Of a stretch of DNA of 64,000 nucleotides, positions 26,900 to 40,728 are shown one piece after another. Position numbers and translations under genes: made by a program. The DNA lies in contig OX597824.1 in assembly GCA_951406725.2 (NCBI GenBank), forward strand, positions 82,336,001 through 82,400,000, in the 5' to 3' direction. Under the pieces are notes generated by a model. It saw only the letters and a list, made by a program, of their open reading frames with translations. It searched no databases and was not told the origin of the DNA. Position 1 is the first letter of the stretch. Every line of letters begins with the position of its first letter. Source of the DNA: Octopus vulgaris (Eukaryota).

Positions 26900-27262
26900 A
26901 GGAATAAGGCCCGAGATTTTGGGGAGGGGCCAGTCGATTAGATCGATCTCAGTACGCAACTGGTATTTAATTTATCAACCCCGAAAGGATAAAAGGCAAA
27001 GTCAACCTCGGTGAAATGTGCTAACGTTTCTTATTTCTTTATTGCCCACAAAGGGCTAAACATAGAGGGGACAAACAAGGACAGACAAAGGATTAAGTCG
27101 ATTAGATCACCTCCAGTGCGTAATTGGTACTTAATTTATCAACCCCGAAAGGATCAAAGACAAGTCGACTTCGGTGGAATTTGAACTCAGAACGTCAAGA
27201 CAGACGAAATACCGCTGAGCATTTCGTCCGGCGTGCTAACGTTTCTGCCAGCTCGCCGCCTT
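26900..27262 (-). mobile_element. SINE family D dimer nested in the old mariner
   Basis: Family-D homology with the internal junction gtgctaacgtttc|ttatttctt. Confidence 0.85.
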
Positions 27263-27381
27263 CAAACCTATTCATATTCGTCATAGCAATGTGAACAAAC
27301 ACTTCTTTAGCAACAAATCAGTGAATCGTGAAACTTGGCTGGTCAGTGACCAGGCGTCCACCATACAGCTTTGATGTAGAG

Positions 27382-27740
27382 CATGGCTTCATATTTATTT
27401 CTTATCCATGGACCCCTTTAATTTCCTATTTTATTCTGGTTGACTCCCATTGCCATACGATGTATTTAAAAACTACTTCTATAGAAACTTTTTGCAAAAT
27501 TCTCGTTTCTTTTTTTAATTTCACCCTTTAACTTGTGTAGGTAGATCTAAGTAAAATGTCAGAGAATGAAACCAAGCTACTTCTTGCAATAAATACCACT
27601 AAATACATCTAAAACAAAATCTTTACAGGGACCCTTAAAATACTATTATGAATACCCGATTTTCTATTTTGTTTCGTGGATCCCCAAAAAGTCTTAAATG
27701 AATTCTCAGGATCCATATGGACCCCGGTTGAAAATCCCTG
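27382..27740. mobile_element. hAT (Charlie-like) MITE inserted in the YSPDLAP region of the old mariner
   Basis: Ends ca(t)ggcttc../..gaaaatccctg with an 8-bp TSD ATGTAGAG / ATCTAGAG (nTCTAGAn-type target). Confidence 0.7.
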
Positions 27741-27780
27741 ATCTAGAGCTTCCGACGTAATATATAATATATTGCCCTTA

Positions 27781-28012
27781 AGCCGACGAGCTGGTAGAAA
27801 CGTTAGCACGCCGGACAAAATGCTTAGCAGTATTTCGTCTGCCGCTACGTTCTGAGTTCAAATTCCGACGATGTCGACATATGCCTTTCATCCTTTCGAT
27901 AAATAAAGTATCAGTTTCGCACTGGGGTCGATATAATCGACTTAATCCCTGTGTCTGTCCTTGTTTGTCGTCTCTATGTTTATCCCCTTGTGGGCAGTAA
28001 AGAAATATATAC
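27781..28012 (+). mobile_element. Monomeric SINE family D with a 13-bp TSD
   Basis: TSD tatattgccctta at 27768-27780 and 28013-28025; this copy defines the monomer. Confidence 0.9.
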
Positions 28013-28713
28013 TATATTGCCCTTATCAATATAGATGATCTAGAGCTTCCGACGTGTTTGCTCCAATGAATGAGTCTTTGGCGACAACGATTTCGTGAAT
28101 CAGACGATATGAAAGTGACCGTGAAGAAATTGCTAAAACAGTACACAGATATATTTTTTTCAAACAGGAATCCTGAGATGGGTTCGACGGTGATGCAAAT
28201 GCATAGATTGTGATAGAGGGACTACGTCGAATAGAACCTTTGTACAGGACGGGTTGCTCTAACAACATGTGCAATTTGTATTACTTATAAGTTAATAAAC
28301 AGGCTATGCTCATTCACTACTGATGCAGTAAAGATAATGTTTGCAGATCATATCTAAAGAACACTATGTCTAATAGATATATAAAGCATTGTCATCATAT
28401 ATAATATATGATTTTCTACATGAACAGACGAAAAGCGGATTCCGTAGCTTTTAGACTACAGAATGAATACTCACTTTCATATGTAGTTTTATATATTCAT
28501 ATATATATATGTGCGTGTATATAATACATGTATATAAGCATATATATAAACATGCATATATATCTGTGTATGTATATATATATATATATATATATACATG
28601 GATATATACATGAATGTATATATATGTATACAAACACATATATACATACATGTACGTAAACATATATAAAGACATACATATCTATGCATATATATCTATC
28701 ATTCTATATATAT

Positions 28714-28773
<60 letters not shown>

Positions 28774-29027
28774 GTATGAGTTTATGTATGCACGCATACA
28801 TTAAATACATACATATTTAAGATAAATGTTTATGCGTAATATTACTTATAACATACAGGTACATGTATTATATCACAGTCGTAAATAACAGACTGTTGTC
28901 TGAAATCTGAGGAGATATTCAATTATTCATCAGCCGATATTTTATATATACCTCAGATGCATTCACCATTGAACCCAACGAACATTATATAAGATTATAT
29001 ATAGCTCTCTGTCTCTTCCTCCCTACT

Positions 29028-29061
<34 letters not shown>

Positions 29062-29069
29062 TATATATT

Positions 29070-29114
<45 letters not shown>

Positions 29115-29289
29115 ATGTACTTACATACGTATGGATGGGTGTACATATGTTTGTATCCATGTGTGTAGTTATACAATTTATGAAAAATATATTTGAGTGT
29201 ATCTACATAGCACACATTCACTCACACACACACACACACGCACACACACAGACACACACACACACACACATACTTATACACAGCATACT

Positions 29290-29600
29290 TATACACTACA
29301 ACATAATTTCTTTTCCTCAACAGGCCCTGCCCTATTTAACATTGTCCCGAAAGAGATCAAAGAGGAACAGGATCCCATCAACTTTAAACGGAGTCTGGAT
29401 AGATTCCTTCAAAGAATACCAGATAAGCCACCCATAATTGGATACAACTCACCCAGCAAAAACTCACTACTTGAATGGACCATAAGCAAAACTTGACTTA
29501 AACAGGATTCAAATAATCCTATCAGGTGGTGCTATTAAGTTAGACATGGCCTGGACCAATCATTGGTCGAAACACATCTAAGTTTATCTAAGTTTATATA
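29290..29600 (+). mobile_element. CR1/L2-group LINE 3' end (ORF2 C-terminus, UTR and short tandem tail)
   Basis: TLQHNFFSSTGPALFNIVPKEIKEEQDPINFKRSLDRFLQRIPDKP..GY..KNSLLEW, followed by the tail ctaagtttatctaagttta. A small homologous piece lies at about 30027-30068. Confidence 0.7.
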
Positions 29601-29651
29601 TATATGTATACATATATACATATATATACATATACAAATATATAAAGGGGT

Positions 29652-29981
29652 AAAGACCCCCTTCGGTCAGGCACTGACCATGGGTTTGCACCTAGAGAGA
29701 TACCCTCTGAGGCACAAGTCTGGGCAAGGTTGTTTTATGGAAGACCAGCAGTCGCCCATGCATACCGGCCTCCCCTCTCCACGTCACCGATGTTGTCCAA
29801 GGGAAAGGCAAGGGCCGATACAGCTTGGCACCTGTGACGTAGCAACTCATTTCTACAGCTGAGTGAACTGGAGCAACGTGAAATAAAGTGCCTTGCTCAA
29901 GAACACAACACGCAGCCCCGTCCGGGATTCGAGCTCACAACCTCACGATCGTAAGCTCGACGCTCTAACCACTGAGCCATA

Positions 29982-29985
<4 letters not shown>
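29652..29985 (-). mobile_element. SINE family B with tail Y
   Basis: Reverse-complement homologue of 4041-4379. Confidence 0.85.
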
Positions 29986-30030
<45 letters not shown>

Positions 30031-30766
30031 TTAAAGAGGAAAAGGATCCTATCAACTTCAAACGGAAGTGGGGAAGAAGTGAGAGATGAAGAGGAGGAGG
30101 AGAAGAAGAAGAGGAGGGGAGGAAATGGAAGATGAAGAGGAAGAGGAGGGGAAGAAGGAGAAGAAGAAGAGGAGAAGGAGGAGGAGAAGGAGGAGGAACT
30201 GGTTTGTCAGTTCTCTCCCACCCACCTAGCCTGCTACCCATTGCTTTGGCATAGCCTCAACAGCTCTTGCTTTCATTTGCCTCCTCAACACGATCCTTCC
30301 AGGAAACGGAAAGTTCTAACAGAACCAAAAGTTAATGAATCGAATGCAAATTTCCAATATAAAAAGTATTTAATAAATTATAAAGATTAAATAAACACGT
30401 TTCTCTTTTCTATATTTGCAATAATTGCTATGTAATCGATAACAATAATACCGTTAAACTTAGCAATTAATTACTTAATTCAATAAAAGTTAGCGTGACA
30501 CATACAAGCATGACGAAGCAACCAACAATGTGAATGATTACTATTGATGAGGATCGATTTTTAATATACTTTCTTTCTCTCTTCACACGTACGTACGCGC
30601 ACGCGCATCACACACTTACATATGCGCACGCGCACTCAGCACATACATATGCACACAGTCAGTCTCAAACGCAAACGCACCACACGTGTATCTATACACG
30701 AGTGTCTTTAATATCAGTTTATACGATATGGTAATTCTCCCTCTCTCTCCTCATAAATCTGAAATC

Positions 30767-30773
30767 ACTACTA

Positions 30774-30816
<43 letters not shown>

Positions 30817-30848
30817 CGCTACTACTACTACTGCTACTGCTACTTCTG

Positions 30849-30918
<70 letters not shown>

Positions 30919-31098
30919 AAAAACTACTACTGTTACTACTTATACTACTACTGCTACTACTACTACTACTACTACTACTACAAAAACTACTACTGCTGCT
31001 ACTACTGTTACTACTTATACTACTACTGCTACTACTACTACTACTATTAAACCTACTACTGCTACTACTACTACTAAACCTACTACTGCTACTACTAC
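30767..31098. repeat. (ACT)n/(GCT)n tract with higher-order subrepeats
   Basis: Read directly; the poly-T/A ORF is an artefact of this tract. Confidence 0.9.
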
Positions 31099-31894
31099 TT
31101 TCATGTCATTAGTCTTATTTCATCAGTCTATTATTTATCGTCATTAATGTTCTTGTTATTACAGTGGCATTTTCTATTCTTTTATTTTATAATCTGGTTC
31201 CTAAGAGGAGAGAAGGAGGAGTGGAAGAGGAGGTGGATGAGGGAAAGGAGGAAGTGGAAGTGGAAAAGAGAGTAAGATAAGAAGGAGGAGGAGGAGGAGG
31301 AGGAAGAGGAAGTGGTAGTATAACAGGAAGTGGAAGTGTAAGAGGAAGAGGAAGGGGAAGAGGAAGGTGGAGGAGGAAGCAGTGGAAGAGCAGGAAGTGG
31401 AAGTGAAAGTGGAAGAAGTAGAATTGGAAGAGGAGAAGGAGGAAGAAGGAGAAGCGGAACAAGGGGGAAAAGGGAGGAGGAGGAGGAGGAGGATATCCGT
31501 TATTTGCCACAGGAAGCATCTGAAGAGGGTATAATTCCACAATTTAGCAAAATTCCTAGATACATGTAGGCGGCGAGCTGGCAGAATCGTCGGCACGTCG
31601 AGTAGAGTGTTTAGCGGCATTTCGTCCGTCTTTATTTTTTGAATTCAAATTCTACCAAGGTCTCTCCTTTGAGGTTCGATAAAATAAGTACCAGGTAAAT
31701 ACTGGGGTCGACTTAATTGATTTACCCCCCACACCCAACGTATTGGCCTTCTGCCAAAATTCGAAACCCGCATTCCTAGATATTCATAGGTGTGAGAGGC
31801 CAGATCGCCTTGGATAGACCAGCACTCACTTGTATATTTACCACTCACAACAGCTACCGTGGAAATATTTTTACACTTAATTAACAATCCTTTT

Positions 31895-32285
31895 TACTAA
31901 AGACACAAGGCTTGAAATTTGTCGGGAGGGGACTAGTCAAATACATCGACCTAATTATTTCAGTGGTACTTAATTTATCGACCCCGAAAGGATGAAAGGC
32001 AAAGTCGACCTTGACGAAATTTGAACTCAGAACATAGTGGCAGACGAAATACCTATTTCTTTATTACCCACAAGGGGCTAAACACAGAGGGGACAAACAA
32101 GGACAGACATAGGTATTAAGTCGATTACATCGACCCCCGTGCGTGACTGGTACTTAATTTATCGACCCCGAAAGGATGAAAGGCAAATTCGACCTTGACG
32201 GAATTTGAACTCAGAACATAGTGGCAGACGAAATACCGCTAAGCATTTCGGCTAGGTCGCTAACGATTCTGTTAGTTTGCCGCCT
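31895..32285 (-). mobile_element. SINE family D dimer
   Basis: Two 184-bp units plus a head. Confidence 0.85.
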
Positions 32286-32484
32286 TACATTTAATCAATA
32301 ATGCTAAATTTTGTCGCAAGGGCAGCAATTTTTAGGGATGGAGATATTCAATTACATCGACCCAAGTTTTCAACTGGTTTTATTTCATCGACTCCGAAAG
32401 GATAAAAGGTAAAATCGACTCCCGCGGAATTTGAACTCAGAACGTAGCAACGGGAAAAATGCCTCTAAACAGTTCATCCAGCAC

Positions 32485-32897
32485 ACTCTTTTACTCTTTT
32501 ACTTGTTTCAGTCATTTGACTGCGGCCATGCTGGAGCACCGCCTTTAGTCAAGCAACTCGACCCCGAGACTTATTCTTTTTGTAAGCCCAGTACTTATTC
32601 TATCGGTATCTTTTTGCCGAACCGCTAAGTGACGGGGGCGTAAACACACCAGCATCAGTTGTCAAGCACTGCTAGGGAGACAAACACAGACACACAAACA
32701 CACACACACATACATATATATATACATATATACGACAGGCTTCTTTCAGTTTCCGTCTACCAAATCCACTCACAAGGCATTGGTCGGCCAGGGGCTATAG
32801 CAGAAGACACTTGCCCAAGATGCCACGCAGTGGAACTGAACCCGGAACCATGTGTTTGGTTAGCAAGCTACTTACCACACAGTCACTCCTGCGCCTA
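32485..32897 (-). mobile_element. Full-length SINE family C nested in a decayed D copy
   Basis: Head aggcgcaggagtgactgtgtggtaagtagc, internal (TA)/(TG) repeat and an (AAAAGAGT)n tail. Confidence 0.9.
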
Positions 32898-33197
32898 TGG
32901 TAACGATTCTGCCATTTTGCCGCCTTAACTCTAGCTACACTGGAGGTTAAACAATATATGAGTGGGTGCTGAAAAGTTCCTTTAAGGGTTTCGCGAAAGG
33001 TCTGGCTGAAGACCCAACCTTCCAAGTTCTACAGTGCTTAGAAAAACTAAAGGATCGCTGCAATAAGTGCGTTGGATAAAATCATAATTAATTGATCCTC
33101 CTGTATTTTCTTTACCCAAAACCAGGAACTAAGAAAGAGCTTGTTCATCGTGTTCAGAAAAGGAAATATGACTGCTTTCTACCTAGCATTATCATTC

Positions 33198-33307
<110 letters not shown>

Positions 33308-33346
33308 GCAAGATTTTTTATGTGAAGTCGTGTGTTGAAACAGACT

Positions 33347-33848
33347 TTGTTGTATTTCGGAATGGTCATTTTGCCAGTTTAGCCAATAAAAACACACGCA
33401 CTATATATTTGGTGTTACTTTGCTTCAGTGTTATTTATTTTTTACATTAATCTTAATCTTATTTCGGCCAGAGTTCTTTCGTCACACTCCTGTGACCGCA
33501 TCAGTGGTCCTTTGTTTTCTTCTTTCTTATTTGTGTCTCTCTTTACTAACAGTCAGCCATACGACTGTTAGTAAAGAGAGACACAAATAAGAAAGAAGAA
33601 AACAAAGGACCACTGATGCGGTCACAGGAGTGTGTATGGCTACGGTTAGTAAAGAGAGACACAAATAAGAAAGAAGAAAACAAAGGACCACTGATGCGGT
33701 CACAGGAGTGTGACGAAAGAACTCTGGCCGAAATAAGATTAAGATTAATGTAGAAAATAAATAACAAAGAAGCAAAGTAACACCAAATATATAGTGCGTG
33801 TGTTTTTATTGGCTAAACTGGCAAAATGACCATTCCGAAATACAACAA
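33347..33848. repeat. Long foldback with about 210-bp arms and an internal 71-bp duplication, carrying hammerhead-like motifs on both strands
   Basis: 33347-33562 is the reverse complement of 33634-33848, with an extra partial arm at 33563-33633. The motif ggacca-CTGATGC-g-GTCAC-aggagt-GTGAC-GAAA-gaac-TC-tggcc lies at 33685-33729 (+) and 33466-33510 (-). Confidence 0.9.
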
Positions 33849-33858
33849 TATATATATA

Positions 33859-33916
<58 letters not shown>

Positions 33917-33920
33917 CTTG

Positions 33921-34035
<115 letters not shown>

Positions 34036-34615
34036 GTATATGTATGTGTATATGTATATATAATTCTCTATCGTTCTATCTTCCTATTTGCCTCTCCATT
34101 CATCTATTTATCTATCTATCTATCTAACTATCTTTGGATCAATCTATCTACCTCTCTATCTACAGATCTCATTATCTATCTCTGTCTTGAGTCCACCATA
34201 TCTAAATGGCAAAACAGTTGTCATAGTGTTTTGTGTCCATACTGACATACTGGCACCGCGGTATTCGAGGTTAGATAGGTTGTTGAACCGTTGGACAGAT
34301 CGGTTTCGGGCGAAATATAAAGTCCTAGTCAAACCGAATTATGTAACAAAGTTTTACTCTTACTTTAGAATTGAGTCTACCAATCAGCAGTTGTTTTGTT
34401 GTTTAGCTGAAACTTGCTTGAAGTTAATAATCTTTAATACACCCGTGCGCGTGCGCTTTTCTACATTATGCGCAGTACAATGTGAATTAGAAGAGCCGAA
34501 ATATATTGAGATAATATAAAACTGAACCGGGTGAAAAAGGAATGCAAACATATACTTCTTATGCTGCTAGGGTGTGGAAGAAAGAGGGAAGGAGAGGGGA
34601 AGATACATAGAGATT

Positions 34616-34689
<74 letters not shown>

Positions 34690-34766
34690 CAGACAGACAA
34701 AGAGACAGAGAGACAGACAGATATATAGACATACAAACATATGTACAAAAGGGCTTGTTCATCGTG

Positions 34767-34816
<50 letters not shown>

Positions 34817-34996
34817 GCTAGCTAGCTAGCTAGCTATCTGACTGTCAGTCTGTCTGTCTATCTATCTATCAATCACTCTATCTAGCTATCTGTCTGTCTG
34901 ACTGTCTGTCTATCTAAGACGGCTAACTGATAGACAAAAGGACACAGAGACAGACAGACAAACAAACGAACAGACGACAGAGGGACACATACGCAG

Positions 34997-35083
<87 letters not shown>

Positions 35084-35126
35084 AAGATAGACAGACAGAC
35101 AGACAGATAGACATATAGACAGACAT

Positions 35127-35183
<57 letters not shown>

Positions 35184-36501
35184 CACAACGATAGACACAA
35201 AGATAGATATACAAACAGACAGAAAGACAGAATGATAGACAGAAACATACATAAATACAGACAGATACATAAAGGGACACAGGTAGAGACGGACAGACAG
35301 AGATGGACGACAGAGATGGACGACAAAGAGATAGATAGATAATGTGTGCACGTGTATATATATATTTGTGCGTGTGCGTGCGTGTGCGTGCGTGTGCGTG
35401 CGTGTGCGTGCGTGTGCGTGTGTGAGTGCGTGTGTTGTGTGTGTGTGCGTGTGTGTCCGTTTGTACGCACGCACCATATCGTAAGTAGATTACGATTGTG
35501 TGCATTAGATGATTAGAAAACCGTGCAATATATATTTGATTATTGGTTACCTGAAAGCCCGAAGAATTATGTAAATATGCCAGCGATGGCAGATTTCCAA
35601 AAATCCAAAGATGTGCATCTTAAGTAGGAGAGTAATAAAATGCTAACCCATCTCAAGATATTTACTCTTTTCTTGGTATATTCTTGCCGAAGATTTTTCA
35701 CTTCGTAATTTGAAATGCTTGGAGCAATATAGTTTCGCGAATCTCTTAATTGCTATCCAAACCGTATTGCTAAGGTCCCCCCCTAATTGATATCGAAACT
35801 TGTCTTGTAAATGTCTTGTAAATGTTTTTGTTCTTTTGAGAAGGAAATTTTATTGCGTAAATCTACGAGGAAGAGGGGGGGGGTAAAGGATGAGATAGAT
35901 ATGTTATGTGACATTATTAGGAAGCTTGTAAAGAAAATATATAAACACGAAGCGTTAACATGAGAAGAAAGAAACTAGATGCGATGATCTAGGGACGGTG
36001 AAATTGCAAGTACAAATATTTCGTAAATAGGAACGAAATTATTTTGCTATGAGGGAGGAATATGAAACGTTTACTAAGCGTCGAAGTGTTTACAGTTGGT
36101 GATGGTAACTTAGATTGGAAACATTGTGAGAATGAGGGACAGACTGACAGAATATTTTATCAGTGCAGAATAGGAAAAAGCCATGAAGCGGGTGGATGAA
36201 GTAACAAATGGAAACGGAGGAGGAGGAGGAGGAGGAGGAGGAGGAGGAAATCAGCGAAAGGAAAAGAGCTAATGAATAACAACGCTTAGATATTTGGCAT
36301 ATGGTTGATATTCGGTGAGTGTAGCCATGTTGTTTGCCGTTCAGTCCCACCGCTCTGCATCTTCGTCAAATGTTTTTTTACTATAACCCCCCGGGACGAC
36401 TAGAGCCTTGTGAGAGAAACTGGTGGACGAAACTGTAAGGCAGGCCTTTGTATGCATGCTTAGATACACATCCATACGTACATATATATACATGCATACA
36501 T

Positions 36502-36562
<61 letters not shown>

Positions 36563-36688
36563 CATTCATACATAATACATACACAAACCAAGTATCGAAG
36601 CGCATCCTTTGACCAAGTTTGCATACATGAGGCTGATAACATAAGACTTGGAAGGCAGCTCCTTGAGTAACACTCTTTGATAACCTAG

Positions 36689-36934
36689 AATCCTCGAGTA
36701 TAATCCGCACTTTTTTCCCAAAATTTAAAGGTCAAAATCCCTAATGCGTACTATATACGAAATTAAAAATGAAAATTATTTTCTAAGCAATGTCCGAGTC
36801 TCTATTTGCTGTCCGGCAATGTTTATTCAGACGCATTTTGTGATGTCGGGCGCGAAAATACCTTAAGCTAAGCCTGAAAGCAATGAAATCATAAAAGAAT
36901 CATCCATAACTTGCAGTAAGCAGCATTTATTAAA
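36689..36934. mobile_element. Partial copy of the 6513-7041 MITE
   Basis: Reverse-complement match to 6790-7036. Confidence 0.85.
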
Positions 36935-37060
36935 ATAAAAGACCCCGGAATGTTGAAAGGCAAAGTCGGCCTCGGCGGGATTTGAACTCAGAGCTGAACG
37001 AAATACTGCAATGCATTTCTCCGGCATGTTAACGATTCTGCCAACTCCCCGCCCTTTCCA

Positions 37061-37218
<158 letters not shown>

Positions 37219-37432
37219 CTTTCCGATTTTGCCAGGAGAACAGAAATTTTGGGGTGCTGAAGGAAACTCGATCATATCGGAATGGTACTTTTTTAATCGA
37301 ACCCCCTCCCCCTACAAGAGGATGATAGATAAACTTGGCCTCACTGGAGTTTGAACTCATGACTGAAAAGAGCCGAGAAATAAATTCTTCTGATCCTCAA
37401 ACGATTCTACCAGCATCCTACCTTAAATTACC

Positions 37433-37563
37433 AAGAAGAAGAAGAAGAAGAAGAAGAAGAAGAAGAAGAAGAAGAAGAAGAAGAAGAAGAAGAAGAAGAA
37501 GAAGAAGAAGAAGAAGAAGAAGAAGAAGAAGAAGAAGAAGAAGAAGAAGAAGAAGAAGAAGAA
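37433..37563. repeat. Pure (GAA)n tract of about 43 units
   Basis: Read directly from the sequence. Confidence 0.95.
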
Positions 37564-38157
37564 TCACAATATGCATGTTATTAATTAACTAATTACTCAG
37601 AAAGATAATTATCAATAAACCATTCCAGACAGTTCATTTTGTTCTTCCTATTTCGTCTTAATATTGCTCGTTCATCAAAATGTTCCGTGAACATATTTGA
37701 TGGCTGTTAACACATTTTATACAACGTCTTTATGGACGCGCGTGTATATATATATATATGTGTGTGTGTGTGCGTGTGTGTAGTCGATGCAATGTTGTAT
37801 ACATGTGTGCATATATACATGCATATGTGTATGTATGTATGTATGTATGTATCTATGTATGTATGTATGGATGGATGGATGGATGGATATATATATATAT
37901 ATATATATAGACATAGATAGATAGATAGATATGGACATAAAATATATATACATATATACATATATATATATATATATGTATGCATATACATACATATATA
38001 TGTATATATATATATATATATATACATACATAGATATGTATGTATATATGTATATACAAACATATATGTATGCATATATATATATACATATATTCATATA
38101 CATACAAACTATATACTTTTTATTTATATATTTTTATATACATATGTGTGTGTATTT

Positions 38158-38216
<59 letters not shown>

Positions 38217-38289
38217 TATATATATGTATATATATATATATGTGTGTGTGTGTGTATATATATGTATATAAATATATGTATATATATAC

Positions 38290-38336
<47 letters not shown>

Positions 38337-39207
38337 CACACACACATATACATATGTATGTTGTTTGTGCTTGCTTATATATGTGTCAATATACACGCGC
38401 ATGCATCTATGTATGCGACTATAAAATGTAAAACGTATGTATGTGTGCATAACATCCATGAACATGTGTATGCGTATGTATTCGGCTATATATAAGCAGT
38501 AAAAATGTGTCAGATCGTACTTTCCTTCCCCCTTCTACACCATCACCAACCTTCTACACATCCTCCATCTCTGCTTTATCGATCAACTATTTAATTAAGG
38601 TTTATTACGTCTTCTCATATAAGGCCAACCAGCTTTTACGCCATTACATCATTCTCTACGACTCAATGTAAACTCGTCAAAATAAATCAGTTTTCATTAT
38701 TGAATCAAATTAGATATTCATGTTGTTATTGTTGTTGTTGTTGTTGTTTTCTATTTTTCATTTTATTTTATTTTATTTTATTTTATTTTATTTTATTTTT
38801 ATTTTTATTTTATATTTTTGATTTTTGTTTTTTTTTGTAATATATCGCTTCGGCGGTTCCAGCAATCAATGACCGACATTTTGGCAAGTGTATGTATGTC
38901 CTGTATTCATATGTGCCTGCGCTGCGTGTGTGTAGTGTGTGTTTGGTGTGTGGTGCGTATATGTGTGTGTTATCATGTTGACGAGGGTCTTCGAGTTTCG
39001 CCTAACTGCTTATTCAACCACTGGTTGTTTTGAACATTACATAGACATTACAATAAATTTGATTCTACACTCAATATTTAGTCCCCACCTTAGTAATTTT
39101 TTTTTGCTACTTTTGAACTAGCTTTAATGGTTTTATACACAGGCGCACATACACAAGAGCACGAACACACACACACACATACATACATACATACATACAT
39201 ACATACA

Positions 39208-39287
<80 letters not shown>

Positions 39288-39420
39288 CTCTTTACTCTTT
39301 TACTCTTTTACTTGTTTCAGTCATGTGATTGTGGCCATGCTGGAGTACCGCTTTTAGTCGAGCAAATCGACCCCAGGACATATTATTAGGAATTAGTATC
39401 CAGGTTCGAAATTTCCCCAA

Positions 39421-39466
39421 GGCACCTGATGAAGGCTGGAGGGTATATCAGCCGAAACGTTGTGTT
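39421..39466 (+). ncRNA. Minimal type I hammerhead-like motif with an intact core
   Basis: GGCAC-CTGATGA-a-GGCTG-gagggtatat-CAGCC-GAAA-CG-TT-GTGTT: stem I of 5 bp (2 GU pairs), a perfect 5-bp stem II, a palindromic ACGT stem III and a GUU triplet. Confidence 0.7.
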
Positions 39467-39569
39467 AACAACAAACAAGATGATGACAAATATCCGTCAA
39501 ATGTAAATAATGTAAATAATGTACATAATTCCTCATCTCTTAAATATAAAACTGTGCATGATATGGTTA

Positions 39570-40520
39570 AAAGGCTGCTGGGATTTCAGAGTGGTTGGTG
39601 GATATCCTAGGTGTAGACCTCGTACGTAAGCCAGTATGCATCTTCTCTCATGCGGGTGCGAGCTAAAGCTCTCGCTCCTACATTTTATGTAGGTGCCTTG
39701 GGTGAAGAGACTCTCCAGTATTCTCCACTCCACGAACATATAAAAGACAAATGAACACATATAAGCATCTTGGACATTACGTCTCTCCTGGATATTAAAG
39801 GAGAACTTGAATATCCCTGAATCTCCATGCAAATTAGATCTCCATTTTTGTCGAAGTAGTTTAATCTATGACCATATAACACTTCCTAACTGTGAATGAT
39901 GCATAAGAATGCAATTACTAATTTCAAGGTAAGCTATTTTCGTTGACATTTCAAACATGTTGGATAACTGAAGGGCCAAGATAAACAATATATAAGGGCC
40001 TTTAGAGAAAAAGAAACTGTCATATCTGAAGAATTAAATGAAAACTACACCAACAGTGTGGAAGAAGCTATTATCGGAAGCAAATGACTCCCTGAATTTT
40101 GAAGAAATAGCAGCACCATTCGTCATGATACCGTTAAGCTGGTTAATAAAAGGCGAATGTTATATATCAATAGGGAAAGTTTATATGGCATAGTAGATCC
40201 TTATGGTGGCAGTATATCTATTAAAGGATTTTAGGATTTAACCCAGCAATGAATCTAAAATGAGCTTGACAGTCCTCCTGTAGAGCCATTAACTCTAGAA
40301 ATAATTCTTACAAGTGAATTCCTCAAAAATAGCATCACCGAGATTACGGTAAGCAAGGACAAGTTTCCTTGGGAGCACAAGACAAAGAGAGGTCGAGAGG
40401 TCAGATTATCTGGACATGAAATCGTCCTCCAGTGAATTGCTTTCTGAGAAAAGACTGAAAAGAAACGCCGAAACTGGTAAATGCAGTTTTTGAAAACTCA
40501 CAAATGAGTAAAGAAAGTCC
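39570..40520 (+). mobile_element. Possible highly decayed L1/Tx1-type LINE ORF2 remnant
   Basis: Fragments ELKLSLLHFM*VPWVKRL and KRLKRNAETGKCSF*KLTNE resemble post-RT and zf-RVT regions, with many stops. Confidence 0.3.
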
Positions 40521-40522
40521 TT

Positions 40523-40693
40523 AGCGCAGGAGTGGCTGTGTGGTAAGTAGCTTGCTAACCAACCACATGGTTCCGGGTTCAGTCCCACTGCGTGGCATCT
40601 TGGGCAAGTGTCTTCTGCTATAGCCCCGGGCCAACCAATGCTTTGTGAGTGGATTTGGTAGACGGAAACTGAAAGAAGCCTGTCGTATATATG

Positions 40694-40728
<35 letters not shown>

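Larger units (their letters stand above)
26195..28235 (+). pseudogene. Ancient mariner transposase relic (irritans-like) split by three insertions
   Basis: Collinear motifs: IDKSNVRR..KFKKEETSSENKP; MDRRVTV; VPRQL; SQSMEL..RPK*FK.QR; DVLEGSYSLNSE..LRKSIRR; then 27280-27375 HSN..TSLAT..KLGWSVTRRPPYSFD; then 28056-28232 FAPMNESL..RF..DDMKVTVKK..GILRWVRR*CKCIDC..DYVE. Confidence 0.75.

Noticed and set aside
28880-28945. Minus-strand CTGATGA with a possible stem I
   Set aside because: Stem II, GAAA and the cleavage triplet cannot be assigned.
30686-31147. Mucin-like Thr-rich ORF
   Set aside because: It is an (ACT)n microsatellite with slippage subrepeats, with no signal peptide or exon evidence.
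32957-33130. Decayed mariner/Tc1-derived MITE ends (also at 13720-13910 and 51871-52102)
   Set aside because: The TIRs are partial or too degenerate to delimit with confidence.
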